Part shown: piece after piece, positions 27,227 to 37,174 of the stretch
Numbering within the stretch: the first letter of the stretch is position 1
Layout: every line of letters begins with the position of its first letter
DNA from: a virus
Taxonomy: Duplodnaviria > Caudoviricetes
DNA length: 51,830 nucleotides
Strand: one strand, 5' to 3'
Virus record (IMG/VR): IMGVR_UViG_3300049926_000051
Location: 1 to 51,830 of that record
The notes under the pieces: model-generated
What the model was told of the DNA's origin: nothing
Seen by the model: only the letters and a program-made list of their open reading frames with translations
Databases searched by the model: none
Program-made: the position numbers and the translations under genes

Positions 27227-27886
27227 TTGGCACAAACCCTCGCCAACCTTAGGCTCGAGTCGCAACAGCGAGCCAATCAGGAAAACAAAACGCTCGTCGC
27301 GACGAGCGAATGGAATCGCTATATCAACCTTGCGATGTCCGAACTCTACGACCTGGTCATCTCGGTCAATCCGCACTACTACGTCTCGTCATCGCCGTTC
27401 ACGCTGACGAGTACGAACTCTCTGGACCTAACCTCGCTTAGTCCGCTTTTCTATAAGCTCCGCGGTCTCGATTACCTGCCGTCGACAACGGGACGCGCGA
27501 TCACGCTGCACCCGTTCAACTTCGCCGAACGTAACAAGCAGGGATACCGCGCCTATGCAATCGAAGGTACGAAGCTAACGATCCTGCCCAACACCAACTT
27601 CGCAGGGCCGTACACCGTCTGGTATACGCCGGTTCCGCCGAGCTTGGTGATCGATGGCGACACACTTGATTCGATTCTTGACGTGTGGGCTGAATACATC
27701 ACGGTCACTGTCGCAATTGTTGCCGGCATCAAGGAGGAGTCGCAGAACCTGCAAGAGTTGATGGCTCTCAAACAAGGGCTGATCGAACGTATGGCCAAGG
27801 CGGCTTCGAATCGAGACGGCGAGCCGGCACAGGCCGCAGATCTCATGTCGCCGTCCACCGCGGTTGACATGGACCTGTGGTACTGA
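27227..27886 (+). CDS. head-tail adaptor (tail tubular protein A-like)
   Basis: TLANLR...EWNRYIN.A.SELYDL, ILP....YTVWY.P, WAEYI; size and position. Confidence 0.75.
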   Translation: MAQTLANLRLESQQRANQENKTLVATSEWNRYINLAMSELYDLVISVNPHYYVSSSPFTLTSTNSLDLTSLSPLFYKLRGLDYLPSTTGRAITLHPFNFAERNKQGYRAYAIEGTKLTILPNTNFAGPYTVWYTPVPPSLVIDGDTLDSILDVWAEYITVTVAIVAGIKEESQNLQELMALKQGLIERMAKAASNRDGEPAQAADLMSPSTAVDMDLWY

Positions 27887-28203
27887 TGGCGGTCAAGTTC
27901 GACAAACTCACCAAGCAGGCAGCCGACACCGTCACAGGCTCGGACCTAAATCGCGTTCAGGCGAACGTTGACGCAACGGTCAAGCAGCTTGGACAGGGCG
28001 ACAAGCTGGTAACCGTCTCGTTCGCGTCGGCGAGCACTGACACCCCGCTCTACCATCACCTCGGACGGCCGATGGTTGGCTACCGCGTGGTCAGATCGGC
28101 CGACTACGTGAACATTCGTGACGGATCTCCCAGTCCGCTGCCCAACGATTTCGCCAACGTCCAGTGCTTGAATATCACGACCGTGACCTTCGAAGTCTTC
28201 TGA
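27886..28203 (+). CDS. small tail/neck protein
   Basis: HHLGRPMVGY motif; TGATG coupling. Confidence 0.65.
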   Translation: MAVKFDKLTKQAADTVTGSDLNRVQANVDATVKQLGQGDKLVTVSFASASTDTPLYHHLGRPMVGYRVVRSADYVNIRDGSPSPLPNDFANVQCLNITTVTFEVF

Positions 28204-28216
28204 ACGCCTGTTCAGG

Positions 28217-28323
28217 CTTGACTAAGCTCATCCAATACGTGATGCTTGAGTCAAGAAAAAACGCCGCCTCGGTCTGATCACCGAGACGGCGCCACCCCAA
28301 AGCCGCTCAAGACGGCAGAGAGG
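28217..28323 (+). promoter_or_regulatory. sigma70-like promoter, minus-strand terminator and ribosome-binding site cassette
   Basis: TTGACT-N17-GATGCT within the inverted repeat CTTGACT/AGTCAAG; A6 plus GC hairpin at 28256-28291; GAGAGG at 28318. Confidence 0.5.
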
Positions 28324-28373
28324 CTACTTCGATGGATACCATGAGGGCGTTTCGGTTTCTAGTTCTGTGGGTC

Positions 28374-28388
28374 GGGTTCATCCGCGCC
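28374..28388 (+). promoter_or_regulatory. late-promoter-like motif, copy 6
   Basis: GGGTTCA-TC-CGCGCC, 6 nt before ATG 28395. Confidence 0.55.
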
Positions 28389-28394
28389 GTGCTG

Positions 28395-31382
28395 ATGGCA
28401 CTCGCGCGCCAAGTTGTACCCGTTCGCCTCCAAGGACTCGATCAGCTTTCGCCCAAGCAGATCGGGATCACTGGCAAGCTCGATTCGCTGGTCAACATGT
28501 ACGCTCAGCAGGGCGATCAGGGAGGCTATGAGTTCGTCCCACGTCCCGGCGTTACGGCGCTCTCGCGAACTGCCGATGTCGGAAGCATCACGACGGGAAT
28601 GCGGCTGGCGACGCTTGGGACGTCGTTGCTGCTTCTTACGGGTGGCGCTTGCTACCGACGGGCCACTGACGAATGGCACTCGGTCAGCCAGACGTATCCT
28701 ATTGTCGGCGTGGACAGTAAGTCGATCAGCACCGGTCAGGTACAGACCTATTCGTGCGACCCCGTCTACGTAAATGGCTTCACGATTCATGTGTGGACCG
28801 AGTTTTCTTTTACGGTTACCGGGAAAGCATATTATTCGGTCTACGACGCTAACGGCAATGCGGCTATCACCCGCGGTCTGCTTGAAGCGCCCGGAGGCAG
28901 CGGAACCTTCGGGATTCGCGTCGTAACGTCTGGCACTACCGCGATTGTTGTTTGGAATTCGCAACTCGGCAGCATCAAGGCCGCCAAGATTGATACGACA
29001 AACCTCAACACTGCGCCGACTCCGGTCGTTGTAACTGCTGGTAGTAACCAGCTGACCTTCGACGCACAAACTGTTGACTCTAGCGGTACCGTCGCCGTCC
29101 TGTATCAGGGCCTAACCGGTCGTATTACTCAGAACTTGATCACGGTGTCATCAATGGCGGTTGGTGCTCCGGTGGACTACGCATCGCTGACGTTCGTTGG
29201 GACGCTGGCATATCTGACGAATGATTTTTCGACCAACGTTCTTTACGTCGCGCTCAGCGACACGACCGCGGGACTGCGAGTTAGTAACTTCAACGGCACG
29301 ACCCTCGCGCTGAACAGTACGTCTACCTTTGATGCCGCCGCAACCGGCAATATGATCAACATTGCCGGCAACCGTACCGGCGGAACGATAACCGTATATT
29401 ATACGGCCGACTCCACAGTCCCTACGCCAAGCCAGCCGATCAATTATAAAATAATGACGTCGACAGGGAGCGGATCGTCGGTCGTTGTCCGCGGTATCCA
29501 ACTGGCGTCACGCGTGATTCCGAGTGGCTCGACGCTGTATGCGATGGCTCGTTATCTTCCGGATTCGACGGCTACAACCGGAGATATGAACTATTTCTTG
29601 CTTGATCTTACCCATGCGCTGGCCATCGGAGAGGCCGCGCATGACGTTGCCGGTTTCTCCGGAAGCGCGGTTCTGCCGAATCTTGCCGCGTCTAGCACAT
29701 CGAACAAATGGCTAACCGCTGGCCAGGTCGTGGTTGGAGAGGGTAGCTCGGGCGGATCTCTTTTTGCCTACACCGGCGCAAATGCGATCACGTTTACCAT
29801 TGCTGATACGTCGGTTGGGCGAGGGGTTGAACTCAATGGCGGACTTATATTGCCCGGGTCGCTGCCGATGTATTACGACGGCTCGACGCTGGTCGAGGCT
29901 GGTTTTCCCATCCCTCCTGCTCAAGCCTTCGCGCCAACCCTGGCAGGCGGCGGGGGGCTAACCGCGAGTTCAACCTATACGTGCCGTTTTATTTACGAGT
30001 GGTTCGACGGCGCGGGTAATCGTCACCAGAGTTCTCCGTCCGCCCCGCAACAGTTCACGTTGGCGGCTGGTCAAACCCAAGCGACGTTCGCGCTTCCAAC
30101 ACTACGGCTAACTCGCAAGACCAACGTCAATATCGTGTTTGAGCGAACGGTTTCGAATGGCGATGGGTCTGCATTCTTTCAAGAAGGTATCGTTGGCAAC
30201 GATCCAACGGTGGATACCGTTTCGTTTGTTTCCACGATCGGGGACACCGCACTGAAGGGAGGTGAACCTCTCTACACGAACGGCTACATCCTCGAGAACA
30301 TCGCTCCCCCGCCCTGCCGGGCCATGGCGATTCATCGCGGTCGTATCCTCGTGGGCGGCATCGACGGGGATCCTACTGCCGTCTGGTTCAGCAAGGATGT
30401 TGAGCCAGGGTTCGGCATCGCGTTCAACGACGGGCTTGTCTCGCGTCTGAACTCTGCCAACGAAACCGTTACCGCCGTTGGCTCGATGGACAACTACGCC
30501 GTCGCTTGCACCAACACAACGACGTGGGCGAGTTCGGACGATTATCCCGACGACACTGGAAATCCAGGCGTTCTCCGCTTCTCTCAATCCTCGTCTGTCA
30601 ACGGCTGCGCTTCCGCGACCACGCTCGCCCGGGACGATGAAGGTATCATGATTTGGAACGCAAAAAAGGCGCCTGGACCATGGCGCCTCGATCGCAGCCT
30701 AAACTGGAGTTGGGTCGGTTCCAAAGATCAGCTCGACGCGGCGAGCCTCGCTCCGGTGGCGATGCTTTCGGTGCCCGGACTGAACCAGGTCCGTGTCGTC
30801 GGCCAGTACGCAACCAACACGGCCGCCGCATTGACGCGAGAGAATGTTTTCGGCACTTGGGCCTTTTGGCAATACCTCAAGTACCCCGTCGGCGGACTTC
30901 CGACGTTTGTCGATGCGATCGTATGGAACGGCAACGTTGCCTACCTAACCACCGACGGTTACGTTACGGTCGAAGACACGACGACGTACGGGGACGAGGG
31001 AACGACGATTATCCACTCAATCGCGTTGTCTAACTTCAATTTTGCCGGCGTGGCAGGGTATCAGCGGATCTACGTGAGTCAGTTCACGGGTCGCGTTATC
31101 GGTAGCGGAACCGGCGTAACGTTGATCGCGTCGCAAACTCCGGACAATATCCTGCTTGTGCCGGACAAGTCCAAGCTAGTTACGGCCTCCGCTAACGGTA
31201 AATTTGGCCTCGAGGTTGACCCGGACGCTTACGGCAAGTGTTCGTCATACACGATCGGGCTTCGCAATGCCGCCGGGAGCGGTAACGATCCCCTGACTGC
31301 CTGGACGCTCTCCGCCGTGACCGCAGTTGTGGGCGTCAAGCCTAACGCCAGCCGTCTGCCGCCTTCGTTCCGTATGACCTAA
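28395..31382 (+). CDS. tail nozzle / tubular protein B-like (DNA stabilisation) protein
   Basis: ~995 aa, all-beta, RPG near the N-terminus, HRGRI...VWFSK; podovirus gene order. Alternative start at 28332. Confidence 0.75.
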   Translation: MALARQVVPVRLQGLDQLSPKQIGITGKLDSLVNMYAQQGDQGGYEFVPRPGVTALSRTADVGSITTGMRLATLGTSLLLLTGGACYRRATDEWHSVSQTYPIVGVDSKSISTGQVQTYSCDPVYVNGFTIHVWTEFSFTVTGKAYYSVYDANGNAAITRGLLEAPGGSGTFGIRVVTSGTTAIVVWNSQLGSIKAAKIDTTNLNTAPTPVVVTAGSNQLTFDAQTVDSSGTVAVLYQGLTGRITQNLITVSSMAVGAPVDYASLTFVGTLAYLTNDFSTNVLYVALSDTTAGLRVSNFNGTTLALNSTSTFDAAATGNMINIAGNRTGGTITVYYTADSTVPTPSQPINYKIMTSTGSGSSVVVRGIQLASRVIPSGSTLYAMARYLPDSTATTGDMNYFLLDLTHALAIGEAAHDVAGFSGSAVLPNLAASSTSNKWLTAGQVVVGEGSSGGSLFAYTGANAITFTIADTSVGRGVELNGGLILPGSLPMYYDGSTLVEAGFPIPPAQAFAPTLAGGGGLTASSTYTCRFIYEWFDGAGNRHQSSPSAPQQFTLAAGQTQATFALPTLRLTRKTNVNIVFERTVSNGDGSAFFQEGIVGNDPTVDTVSFVSTIGDTALKGGEPLYTNGYILENIAPPPCRAMAIHRGRILVGGIDGDPTAVWFSKDVEPGFGIAFNDGLVSRLNSANETVTAVGSMDNYAVACTNTTTWASSDDYPDDTGNPGVLRFSQSSSVNGCASATTLARDDEGIMIWNAKKAPGPWRLDRSLNWSWVGSKDQLDAASLAPVAMLSVPGLNQVRVVGQYATNTAAALTRENVFGTWAFWQYLKYPVGGLPTFVDAIVWNGNVAYLTTDGYVTVEDTTTYGDEGTTIIHSIALSNFNFAGVAGYQRIYVSQFTGRVIGSGTGVTLIASQTPDNILLVPDKSKLVTASANGKFGLEVDPDAYGKCSSYTIGLRNAAGSGNDPLTAWTLSAVTAVVGVKPNASRLPPSFRMT

Positions 31383-31384
31383 TT

Positions 31385-31406
31385 CAACTGACTGTTCAGT
31401 CAGTTG
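31385..31406. other. perfect inverted repeat after the nozzle gene
   Basis: caactgactg-tt-cagtcagttg. Confidence 0.7.
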
Positions 31407-31422
31407 CGGTCTGACCGTACCT

Positions 31423-31437
31423 AGGTACGTGGGCGCC
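31423..31437 (+). promoter_or_regulatory. late-promoter-like motif, copy 7
   Basis: AGGTACG-TG-GGCGCC, 8 nt before ATG 31446. Confidence 0.55.
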
Positions 31438-31445
31438 ATGGCGAC

Positions 31446-32864
31446 ATGGGCCTCAATCCTACTGGCGGAGTCGCCCCCGCGCCCGCCTCCGTCCCTGGCG
31501 GATATCAAACCGGTCAGCATTATGACGCCGCCGGCAACTTAGTTGATATCAACGGAAACATAATCAAGCCGGCCGATCAGGTCGCGCGCGACCAGGCCGC
31601 CGGGCAGACATACGTAAATCAGGAAAACGCCGCAGGCGCACCTGGAGTCTTCGGTAATCAGACCGCACAGACCATCCTGACCAAGGACAACCCGGTAGCC
31701 GGATCGCTTAATGCCATTTCCGATCTAGCGAACGGCAATCCGGGTCAGGCCGCTAGCGATTTCGGCGCTGGGACTTCGGGCGGAACGCTGCCTCAGCTTG
31801 ATGGCAACGGCAATATTATCCCCGGCGACACGATCAGTGCTGCCGCAGGCGCTGCTGGCCTTCCTTCCGGGATACCTGGAATCACGTCTCCCGTTACCGG
31901 ACCCGGCGGCGCCGATATTAGCGGACTGCTAAACGGCCTTGGTGGACTGGTTAGCCCGTCCACGGGCGGCATTGATCAAGCATCCGCCGACGCGCAGGCG
32001 CTTGAAAAACAGTTCATGGCTCGGCTCAATGGGCTGCAGCCTGGCCAGGTTCCCCAACTCGACCCGACGCAACAGGCGCAGTTTCGCGATGCCCAAATGG
32101 GTCTTGTCGGCAACCTGCAAGGCGTTCTCAACGGATCGCAACCGAGCGTCGCGCAAATTCAGCAGAACCAAGCATTCGATCAGCTTAGGGCGCAGCAGCA
32201 AGGGCAAGCTGCGGCAGCTGCGCGGGGCGGCAATCAGGCGCTCGCCATGCGAACGGCTGCGAACAATCTCGGCACACTCGGGGCTCAGCAAGCATCGGCT
32301 TCCGCCCTTTTGCGCGCACAGGAGCAAACGACCGCCCGGGGCCAACTTGGCGACGTAACCAACTCCGGTCGCACCAGCGACATTGGACTTGCTGGTGCAA
32401 ACCAGAACAGCGCAATTAACACGCGCGCGCAGGACATTACGCAGCAGAGCAATCTGGGTAACCAGGCGTTGCAGGCCAACTCGAACGATGTGAACGCGCA
32501 GACGGCGAAATTCAATCAGGGTCAGCAGAAGCTTCAGACCATGGGCAACCTGGTTTCTACCGGTGCAGGCGTGTTGAGCATGCTTAGCGACCGACGCCTA
32601 AAGGAAGACATCGAACCGGAATCTACCGTCGACATTCGAGACTTCCTGAACGCGATCAAACCGTCGGCATATCGCTACAAGGGCGCTGCTGAGCCGAAGG
32701 TTGGTGTAATGGCCCAAGACGTTGAGCGGTCCGGCATGGGTCGCACGATCGTAAAGAACACGCCCATCGGGAAGGCGATCGATATCCCCAGTGCCACAGG
32801 AGCGATGCTCGCGTCGCTTGCCGATCTGAACCGCCGTCTTGCGAAGGTCGAGTCAGGCAAGTGA
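31446..32864 (+). CDS. internal virion (ejection-like) protein with C-terminal peptidase S74 / intramolecular chaperone domain
   Basis: G/Q/A/N-rich body; SDRRLKEDI...YRYK...GVMAQDVE. Confidence 0.78.
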   Translation: MGLNPTGGVAPAPASVPGGYQTGQHYDAAGNLVDINGNIIKPADQVARDQAAGQTYVNQENAAGAPGVFGNQTAQTILTKDNPVAGSLNAISDLANGNPGQAASDFGAGTSGGTLPQLDGNGNIIPGDTISAAAGAAGLPSGIPGITSPVTGPGGADISGLLNGLGGLVSPSTGGIDQASADAQALEKQFMARLNGLQPGQVPQLDPTQQAQFRDAQMGLVGNLQGVLNGSQPSVAQIQQNQAFDQLRAQQQGQAAAAARGGNQALAMRTAANNLGTLGAQQASASALLRAQEQTTARGQLGDVTNSGRTSDIGLAGANQNSAINTRAQDITQQSNLGNQALQANSNDVNAQTAKFNQGQQKLQTMGNLVSTGAGVLSMLSDRRLKEDIEPESTVDIRDFLNAIKPSAYRYKGAAEPKVGVMAQDVERSGMGRTIVKNTPIGKAIDIPSATGAMLASLADLNRRLAKVESGK

Positions 32865-34603
32865 GTGCGGGCTACGCGCCGCAGACCGACGAAGAGAAAC
32901 TGTTCCTTCAGCAACAGCAACAGGATCAGACGCACGGTCCAACCGATGCGTCAGTTCCACCGCCGCCCCAGACCCTGCTTGCCTCTGCGGACAACTTCAC
33001 GAATCTGAACGCGCCACCGCAGAGCCAGGTCTCAGGCGGTCTTCCCGCTGGTCAAACATTCGGTCAGGCGATCGGGATGCCCGCCGCTGCGCCCCCTCCG
33101 CAGGTTCCGCCAGTCTCGCCCGTTCCCGTCCCGGCGACCCCGCTTCCTCTTGCGCCCAAACCACACGCGGGACCAAGGCCACAAACCCCTGGCGGAGGCT
33201 TCAACACGACCGGCGAAGAGCAGCAGATTTACCAGAATCAAAAGACGCTTGACCAGCAGGCGGTAAAAGCCGAGCAAGACGCTGGAGCAGCCCGCAAGGA
33301 ACTCGCCCAAACTGAGGCAACCGGCGCGCAGGATGAAGCCACGCGTCTGGGGGATACGCAGCGCCAGCAGGCCGACGTAATCGACGCGGCCAATAAGCGG
33401 ACGCAAGCGTGGGCCGATCGCGCTCAAGCCGAGTCTGACAAGTACATGAAGATGGACTATCGCGACTATTGGTCGGATAAGTCCACGGGAAACAAGGTTC
33501 TGGCCGGGATTGCCATGTTGACCGGCGCCCTTGGGCGCACGAACAATAAAGACAACCCCGGTATGAATATGATCAACGATGCGATCGAGCGCGACTTTCG
33601 CATGCAGCAAGCGCGTATCGAAAAACAGAAAACCAACGTTTCCGAGGCTCGTGCTCAGTATCAGACCGGCCTTGAGCAGAAACAACAAGATCTGGCCGAC
33701 AACAAACTCAAGGAAGCGGCGGCATACAACACGGCGGCTGCGAAGCTTACCGCGCTGAAGATGAAACAAGGCATGAGCCTAGAACAGGCCAAGACCGACG
33801 GCGATGTTGTAGCGCTGAAGCAGAAGGGTCAGCAGACCGTTCTGGCTACGCTCAAGGACATTCACGGCCAGCACGTCCAGGATGAGCAACTCAAGCTCGA
33901 GCGTCAGAAGGTTGGCATTGAACAGCAGAACGCTTCCAACTCTCGCGATCGTCTCAAGATGGACAAGCAGGATCGCAAAGACGCATCCGAACAAAAGCGT
34001 CAGGACGCCTTTGACGCTCGGACCGTCCGAGACGAAAACGGTAACCCGGTTGGCATGGCCTCTAGTACTCGCACCGTTGCTCAGTACGGCAAGGATATCG
34101 CCGCATCCAAGTCGTACATGGAAAAGGTCGACGAGCTAGCGAAGCACATTGAGAAACATGGGCGCATTCTTAACCCTTACTCCGACGACGCAAAAGAGCG
34201 TCAGTCGCTAATGGCCGAGGTTCAGTCGCTCGGACGCCAGGTATCAGGTATCCAGGCTAGCGATGCCGGCCAGAAACTTGAACACGAGATGATCGGCGGC
34301 AGTGGTATCGGTCTATCAAGCACGGCTAACCCATCTGTGCTTCGTGCACTCGCAGCCCATGCCCACGAAAAGACGATGGCGCAACTCCGATCTAGCCTGA
34401 CTCCTATGTCTGGTCAATCTGGTATTCCTGAAGCAGGCGGAACTCCTCCGGTGCAGCCAACGCGATCGGTAATCCCGACCGAACGATTGACCGACAAAGA
34501 CCGTGCGCTGCGCATTCAAGCAAAGCAGGTGGTTGGAAATCCTAAGGCTGACCCAGCACTAAAACGAGACGCGCAAGCCTATCTTGATGCGACTGGCGGT
34601 TGA
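32861..34603 (+). CDS. internal virion (ejection) protein 2
   Basis: Pro-rich N-terminus, Q/K/A coiled coils, one hydrophobic helix (VLAGIAMLTGALG). Confidence 0.7.
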   Translation: MSAGYAPQTDEEKLFLQQQQQDQTHGPTDASVPPPPQTLLASADNFTNLNAPPQSQVSGGLPAGQTFGQAIGMPAAAPPPQVPPVSPVPVPATPLPLAPKPHAGPRPQTPGGGFNTTGEEQQIYQNQKTLDQQAVKAEQDAGAARKELAQTEATGAQDEATRLGDTQRQQADVIDAANKRTQAWADRAQAESDKYMKMDYRDYWSDKSTGNKVLAGIAMLTGALGRTNNKDNPGMNMINDAIERDFRMQQARIEKQKTNVSEARAQYQTGLEQKQQDLADNKLKEAAAYNTAAAKLTALKMKQGMSLEQAKTDGDVVALKQKGQQTVLATLKDIHGQHVQDEQLKLERQKVGIEQQNASNSRDRLKMDKQDRKDASEQKRQDAFDARTVRDENGNPVGMASSTRTVAQYGKDIAASKSYMEKVDELAKHIEKHGRILNPYSDDAKERQSLMAEVQSLGRQVSGIQASDAGQKLEHEMIGGSGIGLSSTANPSVLRALAAHAHEKTMAQLRSSLTPMSGQSGIPEAGGTPPVQPTRSVIPTERLTDKDRALRIQAKQVVGNPKADPALKRDAQAYLDATGG

Positions 34604-36303
34604 TGGCTGACAATCCCTTCGCCACACGGTTGGCGCAGCTTTCCGCCGGTGCTCCGCAACCTGCAAGCAACCCGTTTGCAACGCGCTTAGCGGAACTCGA
34701 TCAACCAACCACGGATGCTAATAGCCCCGGGACTGGCGAAGCATTCTTGCGTGGTGGTCTTCAGGGCGCTTCACTAGGATTTGGCGACGAAGCGTCTGCT
34801 GCGATCGACACAGGCGTTAGTAAGATCCCTGGTCTGCGCGACGTCGCACAGCTTTTGCACTCCGACAACCTCCCCGCTCTTACTAATTCCGATCTGACAT
34901 ATCAGCAGCGACGAGACGCTTACCGTGCGCGAAACTCCGCGGCTCAAGAAGCTCACGGCGGAGCTTATCTCGGTGGTGAAGTAGCTGGCGGACTAGCAAC
35001 TGCGCCGATCCTCCCTGGCGGGGGTGCTGCTAAAACAGCAGGTCAAGCGCTTATCCAGGGCGCGAAGACTGGGGCCGCGCTTGGGGCGATCCAAGGGCTT
35101 GGTTCGAGCGCCGCCGATCTAACCAACGGCGATTTCAAGCAAGCGGCGGCCGACACAGCTAAGGGCGGTATCGCTGGCGGTCTCGTCGGCGGAGCGCTTG
35201 GCTATCTCGGTAAAAAGCTCGTCACTAAAGCGCCCGAAAAAGAAGCCAACGACATCCTGTCCGGCATCGTCCAAGGCGAAGGCGACAAAGGCGGCGCCAC
35301 GAACAAGCTAAAGAAACTTGTAAACATGGACAAGGACGATATCGTATCCGTTGTCCGCGATGACAAAGAACTGCGAAACGTTATTGCAAAACCAGCGTCC
35401 AAAGCGTTGCCCGTGCTTCACGATCGGCTTGAGGCCGTTGGCTCGCAACTTGACCCGCACTATGCGACCGTCGACAAAGTTACCGGCGGGGTGTCGTTAC
35501 AGAATCTTGCGAACGTTCTCGACGACGAAACGGCCCGACTCGCGAAGACCCCACTTAACGAACAGTATACGAGGGCGGTCCAGGATATCAAAAACTCCAT
35601 CATGAAGGCATGGGCGCCCGAGATGGAGACCGAACTCGCCGCGCAAAAGCGTCTCGTCGACATGGGTCTTACGCCGCACAAAGAGATCCCCGACGTGTTG
35701 GTCCCGACCAAGGACTTGCGCCAGATAGTAACTCGTCTCCAGACCCGCGGCACCGAGGTGATCAACGCACTCAATCCTGGCGAGTCGTCGGTCATGAAAG
35801 CCGACATGGCGAAGATGATGAAAGGCGTTCTTGATGCGCATCTGGACATCGCGGCCGAAGAAGGCGGAGAACAGGTTGCTAAGGCGGTCAACTCCATCCG
35901 AGACCTGAATAGCAAATATTCAGCGCTCGCGACCATGACTCAAGCCGTTGAGCAGCGCGGGCAAAAAGAAGCCACTGGCGCTATGTCGATGGGCGGTCAC
36001 GTCAATAAACTGATCCACCACGGCGGCATGGCTGGCGCCGGCTTGTCGTTGCTGCACGGCAACATCCCTGGCGCGGCGATGTCCTTAGCGGCTCCGTACG
36101 CGATCCCAGCGGCGCAGAAAGCAGGACGTGCGCTAACCGGCAACGTTGCTAACCTGACTCGTGTTGCTTCTGGGGTCGGAGCCGATGCCGCCCGAGCTCA
36201 AGCGATTCTTCGACTGATCCAGCAGGGCATCCCACGGGCCGCCGCCGTTCAAGCGTCGCGCGTCGCTGGTCCTGGCGGCGCCCAAGCGCCGGGTATTCCC
36301 TAA
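34600..36303 (+). CDS. internal virion (ejection) protein 3
   Basis: RGGLQGASLGFGDE motif and G/A-rich helices typical of podovirus ejection proteins. Confidence 0.72.
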   Translation: MMADNPFATRLAQLSAGAPQPASNPFATRLAELDQPTTDANSPGTGEAFLRGGLQGASLGFGDEASAAIDTGVSKIPGLRDVAQLLHSDNLPALTNSDLTYQQRRDAYRARNSAAQEAHGGAYLGGEVAGGLATAPILPGGGAAKTAGQALIQGAKTGAALGAIQGLGSSAADLTNGDFKQAAADTAKGGIAGGLVGGALGYLGKKLVTKAPEKEANDILSGIVQGEGDKGGATNKLKKLVNMDKDDIVSVVRDDKELRNVIAKPASKALPVLHDRLEAVGSQLDPHYATVDKVTGGVSLQNLANVLDDETARLAKTPLNEQYTRAVQDIKNSIMKAWAPEMETELAAQKRLVDMGLTPHKEIPDVLVPTKDLRQIVTRLQTRGTEVINALNPGESSVMKADMAKMMKGVLDAHLDIAAEEGGEQVAKAVNSIRDLNSKYSALATMTQAVEQRGQKEATGAMSMGGHVNKLIHHGGMAGAGLSLLHGNIPGAAMSLAAPYAIPAAQKAGRALTGNVANLTRVASGVGADAARAQAILRLIQQGIPRAAAVQASRVAGPGGAQAPGIP

Positions 36304-37130
36304 GTCGCCGAACCGTCGGCTACCTGTTGTGTCTTCGTCTGAAGATTCGAAGCCGCTTTGCTCGAAGACGTTGCAACAGACGGAGGATTCTGTTTCGGCT
36401 GATTCGCCGCAAGCTTGAAATTGCTTTGGCAGTCTGAGGCAAGTTGTTCGTTCCACGTCACGGCATTGAAGAGAATCTGTGTTTCGCGATCACGCCAGTA
36501 CGACAGTCGCCATGACTTCTTGCGCGCCAAGGCGCTGGCCATCTCGTTAGCCATTGTCTCTTTCATAAGAGCATAGGTTTGCGGATAGCATGCCTCAAGG
36601 TGCTTGATCTGATCGGGCACCAAGATACCGCGTTCCATGTCTCGAAGCGCCGTCATTGGGTCTTCGGCGATGTCAAACGCACGTCGAAACCGCGCTATCT
36701 CTGAGTCACTAGGATCAAGCGTAAACGTCTTGTAGAGTGTCTCTTCGGTGTTGACCGGCATGATGCTTTGCAGGTACGGGACTACGCGCTGAACCTGCAC
36801 CAGGTAATCAGCCGCGAGATCGTGATCTTCTGGCTTAAACGTGTCCGCGATAGCTTGCAGATGCTCTGGCTCCAGGGATCGCTGGACCTCGTCAAGGATG
36901 GTCTCATAATCGAAGACGTCCTGTTTACCGAGTTTACCTAGACCCTGAGTCGCATCTACGAATCTCCGGCACGATCGGCGAATCTCGCGCGGCATCATCT
37001 CGGCACGATCCTGGTCCGCCATTGTGATGCGTTTCGGTCGCGCCTGAAGCAGCCGTCGCACCCCTGTAGCCGCTAGCATCGCTTCACCGGTTAGCGGCGC
37101 GGGTACGTCTTCTTCCTGCTCTAGATCCAC
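36300..37130 (-). CDS. helical protein on the minus strand within the virion module
   Basis: 276-aa protein-like ORF; its stop overlaps the convergent stop; has its own late motif. Confidence 0.8.
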   Translation of the reverse strand: MDLEQEEDVPAPLTGEAMLAATGVRRLLQARPKRITMADQDRAEMMPREIRRSCRRFVDATQGLGKLGKQDVFDYETILDEVQRSLEPEHLQAIADTFKPEDHDLAADYLVQVQRVVPYLQSIMPVNTEETLYKTFTLDPSDSEIARFRRAFDIAEDPMTALRDMERGILVPDQIKHLEACYPQTYALMKETMANEMASALARKKSWRLSYWRDRETQILFNAVTWNEQLASDCQSNFKLAANQPKQNPPSVATSSSKAASNLQTKTQQVADGSAT

Positions 37131-37135
37131 GTCTA

Positions 37136-37150
37136 GGCGTGTCCGTACCT
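37136..37150 (-). promoter_or_regulatory. late-promoter-like motif, copy 8 (leftward)
   Basis: Minus strand AGGTACG-GA-CACGCC, 5 nt before GTG 37130. Confidence 0.65.
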
Positions 37151-37153
37151 CAC

Positions 37154-37168
37154 GGGTACGAACGCGCC
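37154..37168 (+). promoter_or_regulatory. late-promoter-like motif, copy 9 (rightward)
   Basis: GGGTACG-AA-CGCGCC, 6 nt before ATG 37175. Confidence 0.65.
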
Positions 37169-37174
37169 CGAGTG

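Noticed and set aside
28395-36303. Tape measure or contractile tail genes
   Set aside because: No sheath, tube or tape-measure patterns; the gene order fits a short-tailed virion with internal proteins.
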